Origin: Octopus vulgaris | Taxonomy: Eukaryota | DNA length: 64,000 bases | NCBI GenBank assembly: GCA_951406725.2 | Contig: OX597815.1 | Span: forward strand, 146,320,001 to 146,384,000 | Reading direction: 5' to 3' | Shown: piece after piece, positions 25,962 through 41,934 of the stretch | Numbering within the stretch: position 1 is the stretch's first letter | Layout: the number at the start of each line of letters is the position of its first letter | Made by a program: the position numbers and the translations under genes | The notes under the pieces: generated by a model | The model's database searches: none | Told to the model about the DNA's origin: nothing | Seen by the model: only the letters and a program-made list of their open reading frames with translations

Positions 25962-27534
25962 ATATATATATATATATAAAGACTTGTAAAGATACCAAAC
26001 AATAAAATACATGTTACCTAGTAATATAAACGATTAGTATAAATCTATATTCCTGGTATCGGAACTAGCGGATTGGCTGCTAAACAGTAGCATTTTCTCC
26101 AAATTTAGTTGTTAATGTTGTTTAAATTTAGATTAATCCTAATTCTACACACTTATATGATGAGCAGCCTTGTTGACCACTTCCTAACAATGACTAGTTT
26201 ATCCAATATTATAATGTTTCATAGAATTCTGGATAAACATTTCCTTTGTAATAATGATGAGCGTACAACAGCTTGTCATGCATCGTACTTAACGTATATA
26301 TATATTGTTTATAGGCATGGCGCTTTGGTTTCCATATTTTTGTGGATATATTGTGCACGGTTCTATATGTATTGTTTTTAACACAGCATCTCTACGAAGA
26401 TATTTTCTCCCGGGGAAAAGTTGCGCCATAATGCATATTAACAAGTACGATACACTGTATGATTCTGTATGAGACAGTGATGGCGATTTTAATTTAATGC
26501 TGTTTCGATTGTGGACATGTTTTTTTATTCAATTCGGCGTTTATTCGCAACAGTCACTATAATATTCCCTGTGTAGTATATATCGGAGTGGGCAGGTTTC
26601 GTCTAAGTATACGGCTAGCGAGTACACATCACTGACACGGCACCAAAATGCCGCAACTATCTGGCATCAGTGCCAGGACATATTTTCGTTTCGCTCCGCT
26701 ATATATTATTTTTCAAAAGCGCGCAGAAGTTGAGTATAATACATAAATGGCTATTTCAATTTAATGTTACTTCAATTGGATACACCAAGTTCGAATTGTG
26801 CATGTGATTGAATAGAGAGACATTTGGCTTTATTTCTAGCAGGTCGGGGCGCGTAGGTTAAGTCTTTCTCGTTGGCTGTGGGGAACGTGAAATAAACTAC
26901 ACATCTTCATTTCATATGATGGCTTGAATCCAAAGTTAGTCTTATTGCTATTTTCTTCAGAAATTTTTTCAAATGAACATCGTATAAAAATATAATGGCT
27001 CTTAGTGGTTACATCAATATTTTATATTATCATTGTTCGACTTTTAATGTCATATATAGTTTACATACTAGAAAAAAAAAAAAAGAATGTATGTGTTACT
27101 ATTAGTACTAACATTAATGGAATAAAGTTTCTGCTGTGGTGAAATGGAAATAAAATGTAGGAAATATTAAAACTATTGTAGACAAGAAGTTTCGAGAATA
27201 CATTGAATCGTTTTGGCATGTGCAACCCAACCAAACCATTTTAATGATGGAACGCATACAAATATTGATTGTTTCAGATATAATTTCCTTTTATTCCAAG
27301 AAAATATTATTTACAATTATCGATATTTCTGTAAACATTTATGGTAACATTTTAAGTTTTGACATGCTAAATTAATTTTCAATAACAAATATGTCTCAAT
27401 ACACGTCGAAGGTTCACGCAATATTAACAGTATTTATATTAACCTCACCATGAAGTTAGCGTTTCTAGATAAGGCTAACGTGTTTACGATGATTTAACGA
27501 AAATCCGTTACTGTATAACAAAAAAAGTGACGCA

Positions 27535-27900
<366 letters not shown>

Positions 27901-28080
27901 TATATATATATATATAGGGATGGATAGATAGATAGAGAGACAGAGAGAGAGAGGGAGACGCATGCGTGTAAGTCAATATATAATATAAATATATTTAACT
28001 ATTTTTAACAACCGCTTTCATAGATTTTAAATGGACTATGATATACATATATGTGCGTGTATTTGCGTGCGCGCGTGTGT

Positions 28081-28111
<31 letters not shown>

Positions 28112-28939
28112 GAGATAAATACACGCACATGTGATAAAGAGGTATGTATGTACGCATGCAAAACAGTTTCCGTGATGCCAATTCCACAGGTGGTTTAGGT
28201 TTCGTCCGCTAAAATACATTTAGAGATTCTCATTGAGAAATTTGCTGTAAGTTACGTTGCTTTATACAACAATATGTTCGGCATGTGAATTTTCTATCGA
28301 AACCTTTCGCTCATGGGCCCCATCTTTTCCTTTATTCTTGGATTCTTAGATCTTTATAAGATCACACTATTCCTAAATATGTTGACCGATGTCTCTATAG
28401 CGGCAATGTAGTCTCTTCTGGCGTGGCTCGGATTTGTCTCAGTTCTGTTCTTACTGTAAATGAATATACTGTGCCATCCAGCCACATCCACTCTTACGCA
28501 TGAAACTCACAACTTTGGCACAACAAAACAAACCCGCGCTTCTAGAGCAGAGACCTATAAAATGTAATTCATTTGGGTATGCAAATATTGTGCTTTAACA
28601 GGACCCCATTTAATCATAAGAACGTCATCGGTCTCACTATCAGTGCAAATCTTTCCCGGTGAAAGCACATCCTTGCCATACGTGTGATAACAACCCTGGT
28701 CTATATTTTTAGAGCCAGAAGATAATTCCCCCCAACCTAAACTATTGATACTGTATAACACTTGTATTTGCTTTCTAAACTATTGCTACTACTGTACGCA
28801 GACTGACTTCTTTTACTGGAGTTACAATGGTTGCTGCCTCTCGGAACCGGCTGGACTACTGCTATCTCCACTCCCACTCATATCGGCTTCGCCCATCACA
28901 TTTGTCCACTGCATTAGGCTCTCCCTAATTTCTACGGTT

Positions 28940-29215
28940 TCTTTGGGCGAACCTCTAATTTACGAGGTCGTAAACACATCAACATGGCAGAACACACCAA
29001 CAGGCAATGGCAGAACGACAAACACAGATACACAGACACACACACACACACAGATACACGACGGGCTTCTTTCAGTTTCCTTCTACCAAATCCACTCAAA
29101 AGAATTTGGTCGGCCCCAGGCTATAACAGAAGACACATACCAAAGGTGCCATGCAGTGGGATTGAGCTCGGGACCATGTCATTGGGACGTTTGCTTCTTA
29201 CCACACAGCCACACG
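28940..29215 (-). mobile_element. Family B CORE-SINE, diverged
   Basis: acgggcttctttcagtttcc...ccaaatccactca...gctataacagaagacac is the reverse of family B. Confidence 0.75.
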
Positions 29216-29764
29216 CTTACTTTCACCTTATGACGGCCAGTAGATTTGCACAAGACGAGTGAACGGCGAAATTTTCGATTAAATACATATCGGTCAAGTA
29301 CTGGAATCGATTTAATCAGTTTGGCCCTTCCCCTCAAAATTGCAGGTCTATTTTCCAAGATTTCAAACCTTGCTTTTCAATGTTCGTGTTGTTTATCACT
29401 TTAGCTGTTTTTGCTGTTGTATTTATAAGCAGCCATCACATCATAAAGAGAAGCTATTATATTTTAAAGATTTGGTTATTAATTCGCTAAGTGTCACAAT
29501 ATACAATTACAGTTTTACATAAGAGACAGTAATGGTGATAGTTTGTAGGAAAACAATTAAATAAAACAAACTATAGCGGTATTTAGCTTAGAGAAATGGC
29601 TTTTGTTTTAAAATTTTTATGACCAGCAGACATCTATACAAATGTACAGCCAGACATACGGGAAAAAAGCTACAAAAATCAAACAATAATGTAGCGACAA
29701 GCTGAGACGTACCACACAGTCATACATACACATTTTTACATACGTACAATATGTATGCGCATTC

Positions 29765-29818
<54 letters not shown>

Positions 29819-30804
29819 GTGTATGTATGTATGTATGTATGTATGTATGTATGTATGTATACAAAACAGTGCAAAAGAGTCGAAAGTGAAATTTCTTTTG
29901 TGTTTTGAACATCGTGTACTAAAGCCCTGATATTGGATTTTATATATAACGATTAGTAAATGAAATCTGTGTGTCTGTGTATGTACGTATGTATGTGTAT
30001 ATGCATGAAAACTAATTTATATGGGAGTTCCAGAGAGAATGAGACATCCTGAGAGGTATAAAGAGACAGGCGTTCAAAGAAAGAATTATGAGCAGAGAGA
30101 GAATGCAGAGCAACGGAAGACAAGAAATGAAACAAGAAACAGACAGACGTCTGCAACAGTTTCCTTGTGACATACCTTTGTGTGAGCCTAATGCTTACAG
30201 TGATGCGCTAATATTGAAGTGTTTCTGCGTGTGTTGGTTGTATTGTATGTAGGAGGTTGTTTTATCCTTCTATACCCCATCTCCATCTCTCTCTCTCTCT
30301 CTCACACACTCACTCATGCACATAAAGACCCATACACATACACACATATATATATTCCCACAGCGTTACAATGGTGGTTGACGTTTGAATAATCGGGTGG
30401 AGAATGTAGCTAGGTAAATAGCAACATTGCATATGGTCCTGTTTATTTTTTAAAGGGAAAATATCTCGAATATCTATGATAAGTTCGCTTAAATGTTTTT
30501 TGATTCCATTTTGCTGTAGATTTCTCACCATACATTGACTTAGTCACCCTGTTTGAATTTTTGTTACACCATGAATTTTTGTTACACCAAAAAGCGATAA
30601 ATACCAGTATTAACAATTCTCCCTCACATATTACATGTAAGCAAATACTTTCAGTTTAGCTTGAAATCAGTTGAATTCCCTAAATTATCAGAAGTGCATC
30701 ACAAAATACGTCTTCCTTTGTAAAACCCAACAATAATCCAATAAAGATAATGTCGAAAATAAGGTCGATTGCTTTCACTAAAGCTGTAACAACAATAATG
30801 ATAG

Positions 30805-31452
30805 TGGCTTCAAATTTTGCCACAAGGGCAGCAATTTGTGGGGAGGGGAAGAGTCGATTACATCGACCCCGGTGTTCAACTGGTACTTATTTTATCGACG
30901 TCGAATGGATGTAAGGTAAAATCGACCTCGCCGGAATTTGAAATCAGAACATAGCGACACACGAAATACCGCTAAGCATTTCGACAGTTGTGCTAAAAAT
31001 TCTAGCAGCTCACCGCCTTAGACAACGATTATAATAGTGATAATTATTTAATTATCAGTCGATTACATTGACTCGAGTGCGTAGCTGGTATTTAATTCAT
31101 CGATCCCGAAAGGATGAAAGGCAAAGTCGACCTCACCGGTATTTGAATTTAGACAGCAAATCTGGAAGAAATGCTGCTAAACATTTCATCCGACGTGTTA
31201 ACGATTCTTCCAGCTTACCACTATAATAGTAATAAAAATAATCCTTTCTACTATAGGCTCAAGGCCTGAAAGTGGGGTGGGGGTGATAGTCAATTTCATC
31301 GATTCCATTGTGTAACTGGTACTTATTTAAACGACCCCGAAATGATAAAAGATAAAGTCGACCTCGGCGGAACTTGAACTCAGAACGTGAGGATGAAATG
31401 CCGCTAAGTATATAACCGGGGGTGCTAACCATTCTGCCAGCTCACCGCCTTA
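30805..31452 (-). mobile_element. Three head-to-tail family A SINEs separated by AAT-rich spacers
   Basis: Copies at about 30805-31020, 31055-31220 and 31242-31452. Confidence 0.85.
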
Positions 31453-34400
31453 TGCTAGCTCGAATAATGATTGATCAACAAAGTTAGTGTCTTTTTATTC
31501 TACCCTATGACAGTTAGACAGTGCTATTTTAAATTAAGGAATAGTTTTGCTTGCATTTTTTGTTATCTGGATATTGAGACGTAACTGCAAATAATAGGTA
31601 TGTCACCCGTTTTGACCAGACGAAATAAATATCTAGAGAAGCAAGCAAAATCAATTACTGAAAGTATTATATAAATATGAGTTGTAACAGATATCACGAA
31701 GACGTAATGCTGCAAGGAATCCCAATGTGATATCTAATAATCGCAGGGAGGACAGGTTAAAAAGGGATAAATAGATGATATTACAATAATCTAAAGATTG
31801 AGAGTCGGAAGCGTTAGTTCGAACTGGAATGAAATTGCAGACAAGATTTCCCGGAATCACACCGTTATTAGCATAAAAGACAATGTAGCCACAGGATAAT
31901 AATGCACGAAAATGAGATGGGATGGCCATCGTTGGAACATTCTTTACTGTAAGGCAGCTCGATTCGAGCTGATTTGGGATTAACAAAATGCAACAATATA
32001 AAAGAAAATAATAAAATAGAAAAATAGTAGAGGTGTAGCAAGAGGTTGCCGCTTCTCTCATGAAATCAATTAAGCAGAAAGAAAGATAAGAACATTAAAC
32101 ATTAGGCGCTCTGTTGCTCATAGGTCGGTTTTGTATCATATGTTTGGTGATAGCAAGTTACTAGAAGACAATCGACGCATACATAAGGAAATACATCGGA
32201 CTATAATATAAGATTGTATGTGTACGTATGTATGCAAGTGTGTAATATATATATGCTCGTACATATTTATACATATATGTATAAATGGATATACATATAT
32301 ACGTATGTGTGTGTGTTTATGCATATATATATATATATATATATACATACACACGTATAGATATAAGTGGGAAGGAATGTGTGAGTATACCGTAGAGACA
32401 AAGTGCTGGATGTACATTCATAAATAATGATTCCACCTTATTGAAATGAAAAGATAAGAATTAACAGAAGAACCCTTTTTCTTAATATCTTGCTAGACGC
32501 TAAGCTATATTGATATATGTATATAAGTCTTGTGTACGCACGTGCGCGTGTGTGTGTCTGTGTATGTGTGAGCGCACGTGCATTTGTCTTCGGTTTATTA
32601 TCGAAAATAGAAATATGTGCTTACTTGTAGCATATATGTATACGTTCTCGTAAAAAAGGCTGTGTGAATGAACTGGTGTTTAGATGAACGTTTCTTTAGT
32701 TCTGTTGCTACCAGCACGTTATCGTAATGTAATTTGAAGTGCGTTCGTGTGTATATCTGTGCCTATATCTCTGGCCATCGTCATCCATTTATTCTCATAT
32801 AGACCTATATGTATATTATCATACTTGGTGAGCAAGTGTTTGCTTTTAGCAATTCTGTGAGTAGGCAGTGCATTTATTTTCACGTGTAAATATAACAGCA
32901 TTAGACTAGTATTTTATTTTAAATGTGTCAAAATTGTTATATAAATAACTACTTATTCAAGTTTAAGCCCGTAATTATTTAATTCTTATTCAAAAAAAGG
33001 GAATCTATTTATTCGAAAATAAATTATGCTTCACCTGTTTGGCTCCTGGCCAAATATGATGATACTTATAATCATGTTTCATCCACGAAACCCATGTTTT
33101 CATAGATATATTTAAAACCACCTTATTTAAATGATATTATGTTTTTCAGATGCTAAATTGGGATCTGAAAACTTGGTTACTATCTTGAGCGTTTCGAGCG
33201 ATCACATGTACATAAACGTACCTTCATGTACGTAGAGTGGTATTGGTGCGATAGTGTGGATGCAAGAGAAATATAAATGAGAGTTGTTATATTTTTGGTG
33301 GGGATGTATGTACATAAGGCATAAACAGAAGCGCAAATTAAGAAGTTGTGATCTTAATCCATCCCTCAACTGTATATAATTGAATGATTAGTTATTCCAG
33401 TTATGTGATTTATATTGATGGAAATATCTAAAAAAAAAAGTTCCGTCTTTCGACTCTATTTAGATTTAAAGTGTGTCACGAGCCTGTAGGTTCATCAGGC
33501 CGCAGTTCTTACATTTTTCATGGAATACGAACATCCAGGAGAACCATTTCCTTTACTTAAAGAACACAGGCCTGTTTCAGGGTTATCCTGCATCTGTTAC
33601 TGGCTTTCATTTCAAGCTGAACTGGATTGAAGCAACGCGAAAATGGAGTTCTTTGGTCAAGAACAAGTCGCACTACCTGGTATGGGAAACGAAACCACGA
33701 CCTAAAGAGTGTGAGTCTCATACCCTTACCCACTAGGCCACATACCTTTATCTGTAGTCTATACATGTTACGTATTTTGATTGACAGGCTTCCTTGGAAT
33801 TGGATTTCAGGCATGAAAGACCAAAAATTGATATAATATCGACGAAACATTTGTGTGATGTTCAAGATTTTCTCAGACTAATTCTCTAGACTAATTCAGA
33901 CTCCCTCCTATATGCAGCTGGAAGCCTCCTTTCATGTCGCATTGAAGAATTAACAACTGAATTTGAAAGATGTTTTGTGTTAGCTCTAGTTTAATAGCTG
34001 AAGAATTCACGATCAGGTTTTAGAAACGAAATTGTATGTATGTATGTGTGTATGTATGTATGCACTATAAAGAAACTTCCAAAAAGGTTGGTGACGTTTT
34101 GATAAAGAATTTATAGCTTTAAAAAAAGGTAATTTTTTAACGAAAATTTTTCGATATTTGGTAAAACTTTTTTTCTTCTATTCATCCAATTAAAATACTC
34201 ATAAATGTTTCTCACAAGAAAAACCTTGCTAGCTCAGACCAAAATTTGCATCCACATTGCACCATTGCTCCACTCCAACGATGAAGCACCAGAAATATGT
34301 ATATAGCTTGGAACTACAGAGTAATCTAATCTAACGAAGACTACCAAACCGAAACTTCAATGTAACTGTCTAGCATTTTGTTGCAAGTTGTATGTATGCA

Positions 34401-34519
34401 TGTACGTAGCTTTAATTGTCTCATTCATTAGACTACAGTCATGCCGAGGGGTGGATGCCTTGATATATTAAGTCAAACCGTTCCTACTCCAGTAATTATA
34501 TTTGGAGAGCATATTCTTA

Positions 34520-34737
34520 TTTCTTTATGGCCTACAAGGGGGTAAACATAGAGGGGACAAACAAGAACAGACAAAGGAATTAAGCCGATTGCATCGACCC
34601 CAGTGCGTAACTGGTACTTAATTTATCGACTCCGAAAGGATGAAAGGCAAAGTCGACTTCGGTGGAATTTGAACTCAGAACGTAAACACTAAGCATTTCG
34701 CCTGACGTGATAACGATTCTGCCAACTCGCCACCTTA
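34520..34737 (-). mobile_element. Family A SINE nested in a family B copy (34410-35025)
   Basis: Full family A match. It is flanked by a direct repeat, atttggagagcatatt (about 34500-34515 and 34737-34752), consistent with a target-site duplication. Confidence 0.8.
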
Positions 34738-35022
34738 TTTGGAGAGCATATTTTATCGTTCATTTCCTCGTAGCGCTAATTCACGGAGAACACAATCAAA
34801 CCAACACCGGTTATGTTGTGGTTTATGGTAAGTAAAACACAAAACCAAAGATACTTAAACACACACATACATACGACTTCCAACAGTTTCCATTACCAAA
34901 TTCACTCACAATGTACTGGTCGACCCAGGGCTATAGCAAACACCGGCAAAAGTGCCACGCAGTGGATTTGAAACCGACAGAAAATGAGTGAAAATCGAAT
35001 TGCTTAACCAGGCAGCCATACC

Positions 35023-35090
<68 letters not shown>

Positions 35091-35789
35091 AGATGAAATA
35101 GTAGAGAGACTATCAATAGTATGTAATACTAATTTAAGAAGAGATAATGGCAGCGGCGCTGTAGATTAATTGGTTACCTGGTCGCCCAGCAATCAAGTTC
35201 CATCAATGGCTCTTTCGTACTTTTCACACTGAAATCGCTGCTTTTAATGATTCGGTTTCTGAAGCACTTAAAATAACTGGTATGGAATGTTAATGCCTCC
35301 TTACATATGCCCCTGTATATTTAGATAGCAAATAACAATAGCTTAGTGTTAGGATAATACACACCATTTACAACAGACATGCATTTCATGTTTACTTTCC
35401 TTTAATAACTGACTCATTGATAAATGATATTATCTAACAAAATTTTTCATCGCGTATTTACGATATGGTCATTAATTGTCTACTTACATAGTTACAAAAC
35501 ATTTACCCCGTCTATTATGATCTATTATAATACTAATGTATTACATGTTACCAATTGTTTTAGCTGTCCAATCTGGCACAAATATGTTTGCTATTTAGAT
35601 TTACTATAGTATCAATACGTACGGTCATTGACAATGACGATAGATGCATATTCATGTTTAAGCTTTTGAACTTTTCCTTCGCCATGTAGTAACGGTAGAC
35701 ATTATGAAATAAAAAAAAATTCCACAATCAATCATCAGTGCTTACATATTTACTGAAAATAAAAAGAACATGCCCAGCCCAAAAATATT

Positions 35790-36500
35790 TTTTCTACTCT
35801 AGGCACAAGGCCCGAAATGTTTGTCGAGGTGGCCAGTCGATTACATCGACTCCAATACGCAACTGGTACTTAATTTATCGACACCAAAAGGACGAAAGGC
35901 AAAGTCTAGCTCGGCAGAATTTGAACTCAGAACATAAAGATAAACGAAATACTGCTAAGCATTTCGCCCGGCATGCTAACGTTTCTGCCAGCTCGCCGCC
36001 TTCCAGCCAAAAATTATTACGGAAAAGATGCAAATGGTTATGTATAGCCATGCATATCTTTATTAAACATTTACCAAATGAACTACGTCTGATTGTCATA
36101 AATACTGGTCTATGAAGAGGTGAGCATGTCGGTTACATCAACCTCACGACTCAACTGGTACTTATTTCATCGACCCCGTAAGGATGAAAGGCAAAGTCGA
36201 CCTCAGCAGAATTTGAACTCAGAACAAAGCATTTTTTCCAAGACGGTACAATTCTGACAATTCGCCAAATTAATATTAATAATAAGCTTTTCTACTATAG
36301 GCACAAGGCCTAAAATTTGGTGGGAGGCGGACAGTCGATTACATCGACCCCAAGTACTCAACTGGTAATTATTTCATCGACCCAGATAAAATGGAAGGCA
36401 AAGTCGACCTCGGCAAAACTTGAACTCAGAACGTATAGTCAGAACAAATACCGCTAAGCATTTTTTCCTGTGTGGTACGGTTCTCCTTGCTCGCCACCTC
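35790..36500 (-). mobile_element. Three head-to-tail family A SINEs next to an (AAC)n/(AAT)n tract
   Basis: Copies at about 35790-36002, 36110-36270 and 36286-36500. Confidence 0.85.
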
Positions 36501-36576
36501 AGTAATAATATTAACAACAACAGCGACAACAACAACAACGACAACAACAACAACAACAATAACAATAATAATAATC

Positions 36577-36611
<35 letters not shown>

Positions 36612-37231
36612 TATAATAATAATAATATCGCTTGTGTCAAATATGTACGTTTTCTATACATATCTAGAGAGACAATGTATTCAGTGACACAATACTCATT
36701 TGTTAAGATGTAGGTTCCGGTGAAGAAGTCATTTATTTAAGTTAGAATTGATGCTGCGACATAAAACACACATGGATGCTACGCTATAGTTGGTTCATAC
36801 ATTTCCAAAAGTTGCCCTAGAAAAACCATCATTATCTCTTTTCATACACTGCAGTTACTTCCCCCAATGCATTCAATTTTAATGCTATTACAATAATCGT
36901 GCTTATGTATTTCCGCATTGCTATTACACTATCGACTGAAATTTTCGAGTCTTTTTATTGGTCTTTTATTTCTATCGAGCATAGAAATATTTTATTCTGA
37001 AAATAGTTTCGCTTATAAGGGATTTATATCTTCAAATTTTAAAATACCGGCCCGCTTCATTTTAGAGACAGCACTTAAATTTAACATTATTTATCTCCTT
37101 TTGAGGTAATTGGCAATAGCTTCAAAACCTGTACATAAAATAAACGAAGGAAAAGAAGAAAGTGGTGCGTTCATATTCTCATGTGATTTTAAATAAAAAT
37201 TTTACGTGGATGCTAGATGCGTGCGATTCTG

Positions 37232-37276
<45 letters not shown>

Positions 37277-37289
37277 ACACTCACACACA

Positions 37290-37333
<44 letters not shown>

Positions 37334-39454
37334 CCTATTCAATATAATTAAATTTCTCTTTGATATATCATGATGTATTACACCACTGTGTAAAGGAAAA
37401 TTATAATAATGGATCGACTCTACTGCGTTATATTAATGAACATTATTCTATCGATCAGAAACATGAGTCAGAATATAATGCACTTATTCCTACAGGGAAC
37501 GCTTTCCAAATCACGCTGCATGACACTGCATATAAAGGATAGAACCCCAACTCATAAACTAGACTGTTGCTGCAGAAATCCTTCAATTTAGCCAATTAGA
37601 GGAAGATGTTTCTATATAGTGATGATATAGAAATGTAAAACAGACATGATATTATCTGATATGCAGTTTCTGAGACTCCATAATGTTAGGAACACGGAAT
37701 TGGAGAGTTTTTTTTGTCTCTCGATCTAAATGAATTCAAGCCCTGATAATATCAGCTCTTAAATTTGTTGGCATGTCGTGTGAACATGCATTCAGGACAT
37801 TGAAAGTGTTTTAGAACTTTTACCTCTGAATGTTGAGGAGAAATAAGATACACTTCGTGGATACATGTTGAGATTTCTGAAGCAACTAGTACATAGCTGG
37901 ACACTATGTAATATGCATGTTACAGTGTGCATTATGTCACATCAATCTTCGAGCCTAAATTGAATTCACATTCAAATTTGCATACCACTAATATATTTCA
38001 AAGAATATTGTAAGTTCCTAATAGCGTCCCCAACAATATAAGTTGATTAGGCTCTGAGAAAATTGTATAATATTTTTAGATTATGGTACATATGACTATG
38101 TTTCATTCGAATATCGAAGTCAGTGAATTGCACTCCTGTTTCCAAAATGTTTATTCTTTTTTTTTTCTTTGAGAACTGCCCGTTGAATTGTGAATCTTCG
38201 AATTCTTTAAAACAATGTCTACATGAATATATACATTTACGCAAGTGTGTGTGGGTATGTATAATGCAATTGTGTCTGTGTCTATGTATATACGTGCTTA
38301 TATGTGAGTGTATGTGATATTAACCAACTCTTCAATAATACCAGAATTCCAGTAATCCCTTGCCAGATCGCGGTTCACCTATCGCGCACTCAGTACATTG
38401 CGGACTTCTCAGTATAACGCGGGTTTCTGCGGCCGATAAGTATTTATATTTTTTTAGATTATAATTATTTCTGTGGAAATTAACACCCGTGATAGTCGAA
38501 GGATTACTATATTTAGAATAACTAACTTAAACAGCCACACTATAACTAATAGTATTGCTACTCTACTCAAGCCATAATCATCTAATTTACCATACTTTTT
38601 CTTAAAGGGGTATTTATTATCATGATACTAGAGACCGTACACAGTGACAATAATATTGACGTTTAGCGGCGTGGATTAGTAAATCTTGTGTGTTTATTGT
38701 TAGACAGTTAAATGGCAAAATGCCAATGATAATACACACGATGAAGTTCGGATCTAATGCAAATTTTAATACTCGTCCATCTTTCTTCATTTCGCAAATC
38801 ATAAATATAATGTTTGCTTGCCAGAAAAGTATAGATGACGTAGATTTACCAGAGGAGTCACAGATATACAGATAGAGAGACAGCAAACAAAGGAAAAGAC
38901 GCAATTTAATAAGAACACACACATTAAACTATGTGCTTCATGTGTGTGTGAGTGTGTATGCATGTATTTATACATACATACAATCTTATGTATATATATA
39001 TTTATATGTGCGTATGTGTATTTATACATACATAAAGTCGTACGCATATATGTATATTTACGTGTGTGTGTGTGTGCGTATGTATGTGTGTGTGTGTGTG
39101 TATGTGTGTGTGTCTGAGTGCATAGAAATCATTAATATGAATACAGGCACGCTGAACCCAGTCGTATATGATTTATGAAATGCATATAAATCATGTAAGA
39201 TCAAATGACAGTGAAGTGACATGGCATATCAGTACGAAGATATAAGATGCTGAGCTTTCGCTCAAGTAAGGTGACTTTTGAGTCAGAACAAGGTCGGTGC
39301 AGAAGATGATAAGACTAAGGTACATGAAGCAGACCAAGGTAATCATATTTTCATATGAATCACTTTCTCATTTATCGCTTATCCTAATTTTTGGTCTGTA
39401 TTTCTCTTTGTCTTTGTATGTATGTGTGTATGTATGTATACATATATATATAAA

Positions 39455-39660
39455 GTTAATCCAAACATGAAAACACAAAGAGAAAACACAACAACGCGAG
39501 GCCGTGGAACAAGTATAGTGTTATTGGACGCTCAGGAAAGGAAAGAAAGGAGGATTTAACGTTTCGAGCGGAGATCTTCGTCAGAAACATAGGAAAAGGA
39601 AAGATCCACGGAAGGGAAGACGGAGGAAAAAAATCGCCAACGACACACATGCGGTCACAT
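39455..39660 (-). mobile_element. H1-family element with a near-intact minimal HHR (39554-39588)
   Basis: Minus strand: gttt CTGACGA a gatc tcc gctc GAAAC GTT aaat. Canonical core, ACGT palindromic stem III, one stem II mismatch, flanked by (TA)n. Confidence 0.75.
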
Positions 39661-39661
39661 T

Positions 39662-39697
<36 letters not shown>

Positions 39698-40156
39698 AGG
39701 CGCAATGGTCAAGTTAGGGAAGCAGACTCGCGGTTGTAGGATCGCGGTTTCGCGAGTATTTTATAATATACTATTTTGGACATATGAACATACAAAAATG
39801 GTGGTGGGGGTAGAATTTATAAAAATATGTACATATAATTATGAGTCAAAATTTCTTAGCTTGTTTGGTCTTCCATAATCTTGGCATGTATGTATGTATG
39901 TATGTATGTATGTAAGTATATATATATGTTTGTGTGTGTGTGTGTGTGTTTGGAAAAATCAAGATGGCGTTTTTGGAGAGATAATTTTTATTTTAATCTT
40001 AATAATAATGTTTGCAGTGAGTAAACATTATTACACCCACTGTAAGCATTATTATTATTATTAATATTGAAATAAAAATATTGCCCCACAAAAAGCCATA
40101 TCTACTCATTTTTTCAAATATATATTATACTCTACGAGAACTTTTTTTCTAGATAT

Positions 40157-40972
40157 ACAGAGTGCGTAAGGTATTTGAGGACATACCGTTTTGGGGGTCA
40201 TTGCTGCATTTTTTGCTAATTGTGTATAATCTTTGATTCAGAAAATTATAATAGCAGACCTTCAAGAAATGGAGAGGCATGCTGTTATTTTGGTTATAAA
40301 GGCTGAGCATAGCGATTTAGAAATATTTCGATTTTTAGAAGTTGCCAGACCTTTCTTCTACAATGTTTGTGAAGATCTAGTGACTGAAGATAGAAACGTA
40401 TCACCAATATCAAAGAATAAAAAGCATCTTAACTGCTCTGAAGTCATTAGAACACCTGAATTTATCCAAGAAGTCCAACAGACCATTGGTTACAATTCCA
40501 GAAAGTCCATGAGGTCAGTTGCAAAACATTTCCATGTGTCAGAAGGTACAGTCAGAAATGTCCACAAAGACAACAGATATAAGTTTTATATGATGAGCAA
40601 AGGTCAATTTGTCAGAAAAAGCATAAGAATATCACTGCATCAGATCTAAAAGGCTCTTAAACAAACTGAAAAACCCAGTAGATTTGATTTGGTTTTCTCA
40701 AACGAGAAAAACTTCGATCAAGATCAAAAACTTAACAGAAGAAATGACAGATGGCTATGTTCAGACCCTTCTGAAGTTCCAAGTGTTATGCATACACAAT
40801 TTCCACAACTGTCATGGTTTGAGGGGTTGTCAGCAATGAAGGACATTTGATACTCCTTATTTCTTTCCACAAGACCTTAGAGTTGAGGTCTTGGAACTAA
40901 TTGTTAAGTCCTGGATAGACAGTGTATGCAATGTAAGGTCATATATGTTATATTAAGACTCTGCACTATCAC
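40157..40972 (+). mobile_element. maT (DD37D-type) Tc1/mariner transposase pseudogene, 3'-truncated
   Basis: ORF 40233..40649 encodes a paired-like HTH (...IRTPEF...SMRSVAKHFHVSEGTVR). Frameshifted continuation: RSKRLLNKLK...SNEKNFDQDQKLNRRNDRWLC...VMV*GVVSNEG...FFPQDLRV...VKSWID...Y*DSALSH. TA-CAG start at 40157. Confidence 0.85.
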
Positions 40973-40992
40973 ACACACATACACACACACAT

Positions 40993-41045
<53 letters not shown>

Positions 41046-41064
41046 GGAATATATATATATGTAC

Positions 41065-41102
<38 letters not shown>

Positions 41103-41867
41103 GTATGTATGAATATATGTAAGTATGTACGAATATATGTATGAAGGCATGTATGTATGAATATATTATATATGAATATACGCATGTATACATGTATGTA
41201 TTTTCGAATCTATTTACACTGACATTACACTTTCCGTAGGTATTTTGGTTGAAATATCCTTTTCTAAACATTGAACTACCAAAGAAACAAATTTCTATAA
41301 ATAAAACCATGGCCTACAGTTGACATTCTTAAATCAATACGCCAAAACATAGTTTAACATAAATGAAAACCTCTACCATCGCAAAAGAAACTCGTTAGTC
41401 TCCGAAATAAAACCAACAAAGGGTAGAGATATCTACTAACCAAGTATCATTCTTACCTACTTATATTCCTTTCTGAACCCTTATAAACTCCATGACCTAA
41501 AATCTGACACCCGTGCATAATTACTTTTACAAACGTGACTGAATTCTGAATAATAAAACAGTTCCAAATATAATCAATTATCAAAAACAAAAAAAAAAAA
41601 TTCCGTCACAAGCTAACATACGGCCTAATTATGCTTAATCTGAGCTCCGGCCAATTCAAAAATTTTGAACTTATCAGAGATTACAAAAACCCAAGATGGA
41701 TTCGAATATATTACAATAAAATCATGGTAGAGCAGGCCAAAGTTCCGAAGTTATTGTATTATGTATGAAGTAATCATTCAGTATAATGTTAAATCGTTTT
41801 CGTTATAACTTAGCCCACAAACATAGGCACACATATACAGGCATCCAAACACACGCACACACACATC

Positions 41868-41934
<67 letters not shown>

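Noticed and set aside
40380-40404. gtga CTGAAGA ta GAAAC GTA tcac, hammerhead-like
   Set aside because: No stem II, and it lies within transposase codons (VTEDRNVS). Likely chance.
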